Assembly (NCBI GenBank): GCA_963664225.1
Contig: OY760937.1
Location: 256,001-320,000, forward strand
Direction of reading: 5' to 3'
Origin: Verrucomicrobiia bacterium
GTDB lineage: Bacteria; Verrucomicrobiota; Verrucomicrobiia; Limisphaerales; UBA1319
DNA: 64,000 bases
The translations under genes were made by a program, and so were the position numbers. The notes under the pieces are model-generated. The model was not told where the DNA came from. It did no database searches and saw only the letters and a list, made by a program, of their open reading frames with translations. Within the stretch, counting starts at the first letter, position 1; each line of letters opens with the position of its first letter. Below, piece by piece: positions 56,515 through 64,000 of this stretch.

Positions 56515-57717
56515 TCAACTGGTCAACGCGGCATCCCAGTCTTTCCACACGGGTTCGAGGCGATTCTTCATGAGCATCATGGATATTTCGGCTGGACTGC
56601 GATGATCGGCAATTTCGAACTGACCCGTGGCCGATGTTAATGGCGCGATGGTGAACGGCTCGAGGATTGGTGTGACAGCCGACACATGAGCCGGCGAACC
56701 TTTTGTGAGATGGATATGTTCCCGACCCGCGCCCGTGTAACCGCCCGGTTCGGTGTGGCTGCCAGCGCTCATGTGGGTGAATCCCACGCGCACCAGGCCA
56801 TCGCGTAATGCAGGAGCCTCCCGGGTGGAAAGCACCAGGCCCGCATCGGGGAAACAAATGCGGAAGGCGGCGGTTAATTGGACCAGCGCCCGGTCGCTCA
56901 ACGGGGCGGTGGGTTCGTAAGAACCGGCGTTCGGACGCAATCGCGGCATGGAGATGGTGAGGAAGGATTTCCAGCAGTGGCGCAGCAAATATTGGGCGTG
57001 CGCGGCCACACAGATGGATTCTGACTGCCAATCGAAGAGGCCGTAGAGCGCGCCAATCCCAATCCTGCGGAATCCGGCGGCGTAACCGCGCTCTGGAGCT
57101 TCAAGCCGCCATGCGAAATCACGCTTGGGTCCAGCCGTATGCACCTGCGCATAGACGTCGGGATTGTAGGTTTCCTGATATAGAGTCAAACCTTCCGCTC
57201 CGGCTTCGACCATCGAGCGGTAAGGCCCGGTTTCCATGGGCGCGACTTCAATGGATAGACTGGGCCATTCAGGGCGCAACGCGCGCAGGCAATCTTGAAG
57301 GTAGTTTGTGGAAACAAACTTGGGATGTTCGCCGGCGACGAGCAGCAAGTTGCGGAATCCTTGAGCGCGCAATGCGCGGGCTTCCGTGAGGGTTTCTTCG
57401 ATCGAAAGTGTGACGCGAAAGATGGGGTTGTCCCGTGAAAAACCGCAATATTTGCAGTTGTTGACGCATTCATTGGAGAGATAGAGCGGGGCAAAGAGCC
57501 GGATGGTGTTTCCGAAGCGCTGGCGGGTGAGCAATTCCGCCTTGCGGCACATCGATTCCAAATACGGGACTGCCGCAGGGGAGATGAGATGGGCGAAATC
57601 CCAAAGCGAGGATGTTGTTTTTCGCAAGCTGGCTTCCACCATTGCCGAAGAGGCGGATGCCGCAACGGCTCGCAAATCGCTCAGTGGCAGGCGCTCGAAT
57701 TCATTCAAAAATCCCAT
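56515..57717 (-). CDS. thiH: 2-iminoacetate synthase (radical SAM)
   Basis: 'FAPLYLSNECVNNCKYCGFS', 'YQETY', 'GPKRDF.WRL', 'STRE', 'SAGS.TEPGGY' and 'QFEIADHRS'. Confidence 0.95.
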   Translation of the reverse strand: MGFLNEFERLPLSDLRAVAASASSAMVEASLRKTTSSLWDFAHLISPAAVPYLESMCRKAELLTRQRFGNTIRLFAPLYLSNECVNNCKYCGFSRDNPIFRVTLSIEETLTEARALRAQGFRNLLLVAGEHPKFVSTNYLQDCLRALRPEWPSLSIEVAPMETGPYRSMVEAGAEGLTLYQETYNPDVYAQVHTAGPKRDFAWRLEAPERGYAAGFRRIGIGALYGLFDWQSESICVAAHAQYLLRHCWKSFLTISMPRLRPNAGSYEPTAPLSDRALVQLTAAFRICFPDAGLVLSTREAPALRDGLVRVGFTHMSAGSHTEPGGYTGAGREHIHLTKGSPAHVSAVTPILEPFTIAPLTSATGQFEIADHRSPAEISMMLMKNRLEPVWKDWDAALTS

Positions 57718-57807
57718 GCGATTTTACACTAACAGAAGATCGCATCGGGACAAGCGACGTGGGGCCTCCCAACCGGGAATAAAAGCGGCGTGATTACGAG
57801 AAGGACG

Positions 57808-58119
57808 TCAGCTTTTCTTCATGAACTGCCAGAAACTTTGAACCCGTTTGACGGTTTGCCACAGCAGCATCCCTTTAACGAAGAGGCCTTTTGAGGAAAC
57901 CCAGCGGCGGACGAGGAAGAAGCCAAGGACAGGGGCCAGACCAATGCCCCATTTGCGAAGGGAACCTGCCAGGCCGGAGCCAATATGAGTGACGGAAGAA
58001 CGGGCCGTGCCTTTAAGCTCGCTCCAATCCAGCTCAAGGGTGCGGCGGTTAAGCTCGCTCTCCATCAGCAGGACTTGCTTGCGAAGTTGAAGATGGTCTA
58101 TTTCCGAGGAGATAAACAC
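57808..58119 (-). CDS. YqjK-like small protein
   Basis: 'LRKQVLLMESELNRRTL' plus a C-terminal TM; third gene of a yqjDEK-like operon. GTG start inferred. Confidence 0.55.
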   Translation of the reverse strand: MFISSEIDHLQLRKQVLLMESELNRRTLELDWSELKGTARSSVTHIGSGLAGSLRKWGIGLAPVLGFFLVRRWVSSKGLFVKGMLLWQTVKRVQSFWQFMKKS

Positions 58120-58484
58120 TCTCGATCCTTTTGAAGTTCGTGAATTGTGGATCCGAACGGGGAGGGCCATTCCCGGATGCGTTTCTTGAGTGAAAGCACC
58201 AAAATTCCGGTCCCCAGGAGGAATGCCACAGCCAATGCGGAGAGAACGTAAATTCGGTATTCCCAAAAAACGGCCACGATGGTCAAAGAGAGGAACACCA
58301 CGGCCATGGCTGCAAGAAAACAAACAGCCAGCGCGAGGACCAGAGCTTGAATAAAACGCAGCTTGGACTCGTGCAGTTCGACGCCGACCAACTCAAGACG
58401 ATTCTGGAGGATGGCGAGAATCGTTCCCGCCATCCGCCGAAATGCTTTTGCCGGGCCGTCCGGGCCTGGCTCTGTCTGGGGCAT
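58098..58484 (-). CDS. YqjE-like (phage holin family) membrane protein
   Basis: 'RLELVGVEL.E', two TM helices and 'PFGSTIHELQKDRE.L'. Confidence 0.85.
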   Translation of the reverse strand: MPQTEPGPDGPAKAFRRMAGTILAILQNRLELVGVELHESKLRFIQALVLALAVCFLAAMAVVFLSLTIVAVFWEYRIYVLSALAVAFLLGTGILVLSLKKRIREWPSPFGSTIHELQKDRECLSPRK

Positions 58485-58487
58485 GGG

Positions 58488-58808
58488 TTATTTACGGTTG
58501 ACCAGAACCCCGATGACAATGCCCAACCCAAAGGCCACGCCAATGGATTGATAAGGGTGCTCGCGAATGACTTTGTCGGTCACTTTTGCTCCGGCCACCG
58601 CCTTATCCTGCATGGTGCGGCAGGTTTCCTTGGCGCGATCCAAAGCGGAGCTGAGGCGCGCACGGGCTTCCTTGGTTTTTTCACCCATGTCGGATGCGGT
58701 CGCCCGAATGAGTTCCTCCGCGTCCTTGGCCACAGTTTTGAGGTCGCTCACCAGTTTTTCCTTGGTGACGTCTTCCATCTCGATGTTGTTGGTATCAGCA
58801 GTGTCCAT
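58488..58808 (-). CDS. DUF883/YqjD/ElaB-family membrane-anchored ribosome-binding protein
   Basis: 'KLVSDLK.V..DAEEL..ATA' and 'TDKVIREHPYQSIGVAFGLG..IG.L'. Confidence 0.9.
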   Translation of the reverse strand: MDTADTNNIEMEDVTKEKLVSDLKTVAKDAEELIRATASDMGEKTKEARARLSSALDRAKETCRTMQDKAVAGAKVTDKVIREHPYQSIGVAFGLGIVIGVLVNRK

Positions 58809-58953
58809 AATATGCTTGCTCCATGTTCTTAATGTTACGACGGAATCCAGACCCGGCGCATTCATTGTGACACCGGAAATCAAAGATTTAATGCTGGCTC
58901 ACGGTCGCCAACCACATGCTTGAATATAATGGCGCAGTTACAAAACACAATAA

Positions 58954-59664
58954 TTATCTATTGGATTCCGCTTTCCTGGTTCCGCAGGAACACGACGCCG
59001 GGGTTTGAACCGCTTTTTCTGCGGCCCCGCGCATCTTTCGGATGGCGTTTCGCAAGTTCCGACTTGCAAAGAGGGTTGTCCCGCTGACAAAGGTATCGGC
59101 TCCAGCCTGGGCGCAAAACGCCGTCGTTTCGTAATCAATGCCTCCATCGACTTCGATTCGAAATTTGAGATCTTTGGCGCGGCGCCATTTCTGGATTTGC
59201 TGGATTTTGGGAATCATCTCATCTATGAAGCTCTGTCCTCCGTATCCAGGATTGACGGTCATGACGAGGATCATGTCCAAATGCCGCAGGAAGGGTGTCA
59301 AGGCATTGACGTTTGTGGCGGGATTGATTGCGAGGCCAACCTTTTTTTTCAAAGCCCTGATTTTCCAGATCAGGTCATTGACCCGGGCGCCCAACTCGAC
59401 GTGAACGGTCATGCTATCCGCGCCGGCTTTTGCAAAAGGCTCCAAAAGGATTTCCGGTTGCGTGCACATCAGATGCACATCGAACGGTTTGGAAACGACT
59501 TTTCGAATGAATGAAACCACTCGGGGACCATAGGAGAGATTGGGCACAAAGTGCCCGTCCATGACGTCCCAATGAATCCAATCTGCCCCGGCGCGAACGG
59601 CCCGCCGGGCTTCGTCAGCCAGGCGTCCCGCGTTCGCAGCCAACATTGATGGCGCTATAATCAT
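58954..59664 (-). CDS. rpe: Ribulose-phosphate 3-epimerase
   Basis: 'IAPS', 'HWDVMDGHFVPN', 'DVHLM', 'MTVNPG.GGQ' and 'EVDGG'. Confidence 0.97.
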   Translation of the reverse strand: MIIAPSMLAANAGRLADEARRAVRAGADWIHWDVMDGHFVPNLSYGPRVVSFIRKVVSKPFDVHLMCTQPEILLEPFAKAGADSMTVHVELGARVNDLIWKIRALKKKVGLAINPATNVNALTPFLRHLDMILVMTVNPGYGGQSFIDEMIPKIQQIQKWRRAKDLKFRIEVDGGIDYETTAFCAQAGADTFVSGTTLFASRNLRNAIRKMRGAAEKAVQTPASCSCGTRKAESNR

Positions 59665-59823
59665 CGGAAACAAGGGTAATCTGCTAAAGCCCAGAGTCAA
59701 CGTCGCATGAATTTATCGTAAATGAGCCAGTTGACTTAAATTACGCAAACCGGCGATTGGCGTGGATGAGGATGCGCAGCATGTTTTTAACCGTTGGTGC
59801 GGATTTCCTATGAATAGAACCAC

Positions 59824-60008
59824 TCACGATTGCGGTATTTCGAGTTGCTGGCAGATGCGGCGGGCCAAATGATCTTTGATCTCTCGATGTCGGGGAACTG
59901 TGGTCCATGCACCGTTGGTTGGATTTAACCAGATTGCATGAGAAGCCCCATGGCGCTTCAAAACGCAACCATTTGTGCGAAGTGCCGTTCCAGATCGGCA
60001 AGCTTCAT
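59824..60008 (-). pseudogene. hicA: HicA toxin, frameshifted
   Basis: ATG 60008 gives MKLADLERH, then a stop after 16 aa. A -1 shift at ~59982 continues LRTNGCVLKRHGASHAIWLNP...TTVPRHREIKDHLARRICQQLEIP, a typical HicA. Confidence 0.8.
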
Positions 60009-60223
60009 GCGGTTGGCAATTCGACTGTTTCTCGCAGCGATTGGGGTGATCTTTCGTGTCGGGCTCGATCACGGAGATATTCCACCGATAACTTAAGGGC
60101 ATCCAGCAGATTGGTGCGGGCTTCATCCAGCGTGTCGCCCTGACTTTGCACTCCGGGCATTTCCTCAAGCCAGCAAACGTAACCGCCTTCTTGCGCCGGT
60201 TCGAATACCGCAGTCAGTTTCAT
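60005..60223 (-). CDS. hicB: Short HicB-family antitoxin
   Basis: 'LTAVFEPAQEGGYV....EMPGVQSQGDTLDEAR.NL.DAL'; ATGA overlap with hicA. Confidence 0.9.
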   Translation of the reverse strand: MKLTAVFEPAQEGGYVCWLEEMPGVQSQGDTLDEARTNLLDALKLSVEYLRDRARHERSPQSLRETVELPTA

Positions 60224-60282
60224 ATCCGCGCCAATATGCCATCTGGATGGGACATCGGCAATACGCCGTTTTTTGGAGTTTT

Positions 60283-61368
60283 TCAGCAGGCTCCCAAGAT
60301 TTTTTTGGTGGGTTCCTGCTGGCTGATGCAGTGGAAGGATCCCAAGCCCCAGATCAGTTCGGTGGAATCGATGCCCACGACTTTTCGATCAGGAAACTCG
60401 GCCTGCAGGATACGGATGGCCTGGGCGTCATTCGGATGCCTAAAGATTGGAACCACAACGACTTGGTTGGCGATATAGAAGTTGGCGTAGCTGGCGGGCA
60501 GGCGCTGACCCTGGTATTCCACGGTGCCTGGGGTGGGTAGGTGAACGATCTTAAAGTGCTGGCCATCAATATCTTTGAGAGTGTGCAAGCGTTTCAGGTT
60601 TTCCTGGAGCACTGCGTAATTGGGATCCTGCGGGTCTTTTTCGACCACGGTGGCGATGGTGGTGGGATTGATGAATCGCGCCAGGTCGTCGATGTGGCCA
60701 TCCGTATCGTCCCCGGCAATGCCATCGCCAAGCCATAGAATGTGATTGACGCCAAAGTAGTTACGCAAGGCCTGCTCGATCTGAGTTTTGGTGAGATTTG
60801 GGTTTCGATTGGGGTTCAGCAGGCAGGACTCCGTGGTCAGCAGGCAGCCGCGACCGTTCACATCGATAGAACCGCCCTCCATGATGACATGCGGAGAGAA
60901 AAATGGCAGATTTCGATAATGCGCAACATGTTGCGGAACAGCATCATCAAGATCGAATGGAGGGTATTTTCCGCCCCATGCGTTGTAGTCCCAATCGACC
61001 ACGGCGCGTTCACGTCCGTGCGCTGTATCTTTTACGAGGAAGATGGGACCGTGATCGCGGCACCAGGGTTCGTAGGCGGGGAAATGGTGGAAAAATACCT
61101 TATCCAGAGGGACTTCCAGATCGGTGAGTAAGCCCCGAACCCAGGCTTCCTTGTCGGCATTCCAGACGTTGATGTGGACTTCTTCGTGGGGGACGAGATG
61201 TCGAATGAATTCCCCGTAAACGGGTGGCACGGTGTCGTACTTGTCGGGAAAACTTATTCCCTCGGGTCTTGGCCACGTAAGCCACGTGGCCGCATGGGGT
61301 TCCCACTCGGCTGGCATGCGAAAGCCGAGGGTGGCTGGGAGCCCTGTGGCATGGTTGTTGCTTAACAT
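60283..61368 (-). CDS. aguA: Agmatine deiminase / peptidyl-arginine deiminase
   Basis: 'RMPAEWEPH', 'W.RDHGP', 'EGGSIDVNG.G', 'DTDGHIDD', 'ASYANF' and 'GSFHCISQQEP'. Confidence 0.92.
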   Translation of the reverse strand: MLSNNHATGLPATLGFRMPAEWEPHAATWLTWPRPEGISFPDKYDTVPPVYGEFIRHLVPHEEVHINVWNADKEAWVRGLLTDLEVPLDKVFFHHFPAYEPWCRDHGPIFLVKDTAHGRERAVVDWDYNAWGGKYPPFDLDDAVPQHVAHYRNLPFFSPHVIMEGGSIDVNGRGCLLTTESCLLNPNRNPNLTKTQIEQALRNYFGVNHILWLGDGIAGDDTDGHIDDLARFINPTTIATVVEKDPQDPNYAVLQENLKRLHTLKDIDGQHFKIVHLPTPGTVEYQGQRLPASYANFYIANQVVVVPIFRHPNDAQAIRILQAEFPDRKVVGIDSTELIWGLGSFHCISQQEPTKKILGAC

Positions 61369-61383
61369 GGACCAAATAGAGAT

Positions 61384-62331
61384 TTAGGGCAGTTTTTCAC
61401 CCCGTGCGGCGAGCAAGAGGCGGTACCATTCATCCCGGCTCAGGTCGATATTGTCCGCTTGAACGGATTCCCGAATGCGCTCCGGTTTGGTGGAGCCGAC
61501 GATGGGGACGATTTTTGCCGGGTGCTTCATGAGCCAGGCCAGGGCGATCACCGTCCGGGTGGTCGAGCGCTCTTTGGCGATGGTGTCCAGCGTTTGCTGG
61601 AGGTCGATGATTCTGGCCTGACGCGGGTCGTTGTTTTCTGGCGCTGCGGCGCCGGTGCCCAGGAGGCCGCCGGTCAGGGGACTCCAGGCCAGAGGCGTGA
61701 TCTGCTGGGCGAGGCATTGGTCGAGGGTGCCATCGTTGAAGCAATCGAGTTTGCCAAGGCTGATTTCGACCTGGTTGACGAGCAGCGGCATGGGACAGGC
61801 GCTTTGAAGCGCGGTGACCTGGGAGGGACGAAAATTGCTGACGCCGAAGTAGCGGGCCTTGCCGGCACTCTTGAGCTGGCAGAATGCGGAAGCGACTTCC
61901 TCGGGGTCCATGAGGTAATCGGGCCGATGCAGTTGATAGAGGTCGATCGTCTCGATGCCCAGACGCTTCAGGGACTGGTCGCAGGAATTAAGAATGTGAC
62001 TGGCGGAGAAATCGAAGCGATGCGGGCTGGAGGGCGCGGGGTCTCCGGGCCAGCGAATGCCGCATTTGGTTGCGATGAGGATTTCGCTCCGTTTGGATGG
62101 GACTTGCTTGAGGGCCTTGCCAAAAATGGTTTCCGCAGCGCCGTTGCAATAGATGTCGGCGTGATCGTAGAGGGTGTATCCGGCGTCGAAGGCGGCCAGA
62201 ACGGCTTTGATGCCGGCCTCTTCGTGGCTGGCCGTAACGAGGGAAGGGTTTTTGACGCCTGCCAGCCGCCAGCAACCGTAGGCCAGCCGGGTGGTGAGCA
62301 ATCCGCTTTTTCCAATGGGAATGGTTTTCAT
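61384..62331 (-). CDS. Aldo/keto reductase (YdhF-like)
   Basis: 'LAYGCWRL', 'DHADIY', 'TKCGI', 'LHRPD', 'GVSNF' and 'AWSPL'. Confidence 0.92.
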   Translation of the reverse strand: MKTIPIGKSGLLTTRLAYGCWRLAGVKNPSLVTASHEEAGIKAVLAAFDAGYTLYDHADIYCNGAAETIFGKALKQVPSKRSEILIATKCGIRWPGDPAPSSPHRFDFSASHILNSCDQSLKRLGIETIDLYQLHRPDYLMDPEEVASAFCQLKSAGKARYFGVSNFRPSQVTALQSACPMPLLVNQVEISLGKLDCFNDGTLDQCLAQQITPLAWSPLTGGLLGTGAAAPENNDPRQARIIDLQQTLDTIAKERSTTRTVIALAWLMKHPAKIVPIVGSTKPERIRESVQADNIDLSRDEWYRLLLAARGEKLP

Positions 62332-62435
62332 AAATGTGCCACGTTTAATCGTCTCAAGAGGGTATCATGGATGGCAAATGCAGGCTTTCGCAAGCGCAAA
62401 TCGGAGGCGCGAAGGCGTGATCTGGAAGGGGCTGG

Positions 62436-62534
62436 TAACATGGATGGAAAGGATGGACAGGATTGGGGCGGGAAGAAAAACCGTTTCAGGCACGGAGGAG
62501 GAAAAACGGGTCAAAATAACATGGATGGACAGGG
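62436..62534 (+). repeat. Short purine-rich repeats (TAACATGGATGGA.AGG x2; GGATGGACAGGATT)
   Basis: 62436-62464 and 62517-62534; same GGATGGACAGG core as 12988-13117. Confidence 0.65.
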
Positions 62535-62593
62535 CGGAAAACCGCTTTTTTTTTAAGGAGACTTTGGGGGATGAAAACCTCACATTCAAGGGC

Positions 62594-63841
62594 GTGAAGG
62601 CGTGTGATATCGTGATTGTGGGTGGTGGGGCCGCAGGTTTTTTTGCGTCGATTGTGTGCGCGGAGGCCTGCAAGGGAGCTTCGGTGACGTTGCTCGAGGC
62701 GGGCGCGCAGTTTTTATCGAAGGTGCGCATTTCGGGTGGCGGTCGCTGCAATGTGACGCACGCTTGTTTCGATGCGAGGCAGCTTGCGGAGAGTTATCCC
62801 CGGGGCGGTCAGGCGCTCATTGGTCCGTTCCAGCGATTCCAACCAAGGGATGTCACGGCGTGGTTTTCGGGGCGGGGTGTGGCGTTGAAGACCGAGGGTG
62901 ACGGGCGGATGTTTCCAGTCACGGATTCTTCGCAGACGATTATCGATTGTCTGGTGGGAGCGGCCCGGGACGCCGGTGTGAAAACGCGTCTCCAGGCGGG
63001 AATTAAAAGTGTGACTCGCACGGCGGATTCCCGTTTTCAGTTGTTGCTGGCCAATGGGGAAACGCTGACCTGTGATTTGTTGCTGCTGGCCACGGGCGGA
63101 TGCCGTTCGGGTGAAGCGGTTCAACTGGTGGAGTCGCTGGGGCATCATGTGGAAGCGCCGGTTCCTTCGCTGTTCACTTTTAATTTGGATTGCGGATGGG
63201 TCAAGAAACTCTCCGGCGTATCCCTCGAGACAGTGGAGGTCACGGTGGCGGGAACGAGTTTGCGCGAACAAGGCCCGGTTTTGATGACGCATTGGGGTTT
63301 GAGCGGACCGGTGATTCTGCGGTTGTCGGCCTGGGGCGCACGGATTCTGCAGGGTTTGGATTACCGGTTTTCAGCGCAAATCAATTGGCTGCCAAAAATG
63401 AATGCCGAAACCATCACCACAGAGTTATCCAAGCGAGCGGAGCGGGATGGAGCCCGGCGTGTTGTGAACACACCGCTGACACCGTTGACGGCGCGTTTGT
63501 GGGAGCAACTGGTGCTGGCGGCCGGTGTGCCGTTGGATACGCGCTGGCAGGCGCTGGGAAGAGCTGCGCGCCATCGGTTGGTGCAGCAGTTGATTCGCAC
63601 GGAGCTGCCGGTGACGGGCAAGAGCACGAACAAGGATGAGTTTGTGACGTGCGGAGGGGTCCGGCTCAATGAGGTGAATTTCAAGACAATGGAGAGCCGC
63701 CTGTGTCCGGGGCTCTATTTTGCGGGTGAACTGCTGGACATCGATGGAATTACGGGTGGTTTCAATTTTCAGGCGGCCTGGACCACGGGCTGGCTGGCCG
63801 GATGCGCCATGGCGGAAGCCGCAAAATCACGGATGACCTGA
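62594..63841 (+). CDS. HI0933/BaiN-family flavoprotein (NAD(P)/FAD-dependent oxidoreductase)
   Basis: 'IVGGGAAG', 'SGGGRCNVT', 'GRMFP', 'TH.GLSGP', 'VTCGGV' and 'GGFNFQAAW.TG'. GTG 62594 inferred as start. Confidence 0.92.
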   Translation: MKACDIVIVGGGAAGFFASIVCAEACKGASVTLLEAGAQFLSKVRISGGGRCNVTHACFDARQLAESYPRGGQALIGPFQRFQPRDVTAWFSGRGVALKTEGDGRMFPVTDSSQTIIDCLVGAARDAGVKTRLQAGIKSVTRTADSRFQLLLANGETLTCDLLLLATGGCRSGEAVQLVESLGHHVEAPVPSLFTFNLDCGWVKKLSGVSLETVEVTVAGTSLREQGPVLMTHWGLSGPVILRLSAWGARILQGLDYRFSAQINWLPKMNAETITTELSKRAERDGARRVVNTPLTPLTARLWEQLVLAAGVPLDTRWQALGRAARHRLVQQLIRTELPVTGKSTNKDEFVTCGGVRLNEVNFKTMESRLCPGLYFAGELLDIDGITGGFNFQAAWTTGWLAGCAMAEAAKSRMT

Positions 63842-64000
63842 ACCGTGTTGGCCTTGCCTGCCGCAAAATCTTGGGGGAAATGGGAATCGCTCCTGTGTCC
63901 GTCAAATCGGGGCAACCTCAAAAGTGCATGCGAGTCCATAGGACTTGATCGATTTAAAACGAGATGACTGAGGACCTTGGATTAAACAAAAAGGGAAAAA

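Noticed and set aside
59824..60168. 114-aa ORF as an intact N-terminally extended HicA
   Set aside because: Its N-terminal half overlaps hicB out of frame; the natural HicA N-terminus is in another frame at ATG 60008.

Overview
This 64-kb window is GC-rich bacterial chromosome, most likely Verrucomicrobiota (inferred from a VPDSG-CTERM-type protein and a verrucomicrobial-style C-terminal 'Y-x-L-E-x-S-T-N-L...W...FYRL' domain). Housekeeping genes include nusB, ftsY, ribD, msrB, glmS, glgC, mazG, proB, thiS, thiH and rpe. Accessory content includes a fucosidase/GH123-like glycan cluster, a rhamnosidase pair, two toxin-antitoxin loci (one with a frameshifted hicA) and an intact IS1634-family element (8641-10499, 6-bp target duplication TTAATA) sitting at the apex of a ~185-nt palindrome. 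The most notable feature is a 7.7-kb Tn7-like element (37223-44919) ending 24 bp downstream of the glmS stop codon, the attTn7 position. It has 27-bp terminal inverted repeats and repeated internal transposase-binding-like sites, but no tns genes; its only cargo is a ~2,300-aa secreted multidomain protein. Directly beside its distal end is a second, different, orphan end resembling the Tn7 right end, which suggests serial use of the glmS site. No rRNA, tRNA or CRISPR array was recognised. All product calls come from motif recognition by eye, not database searches.
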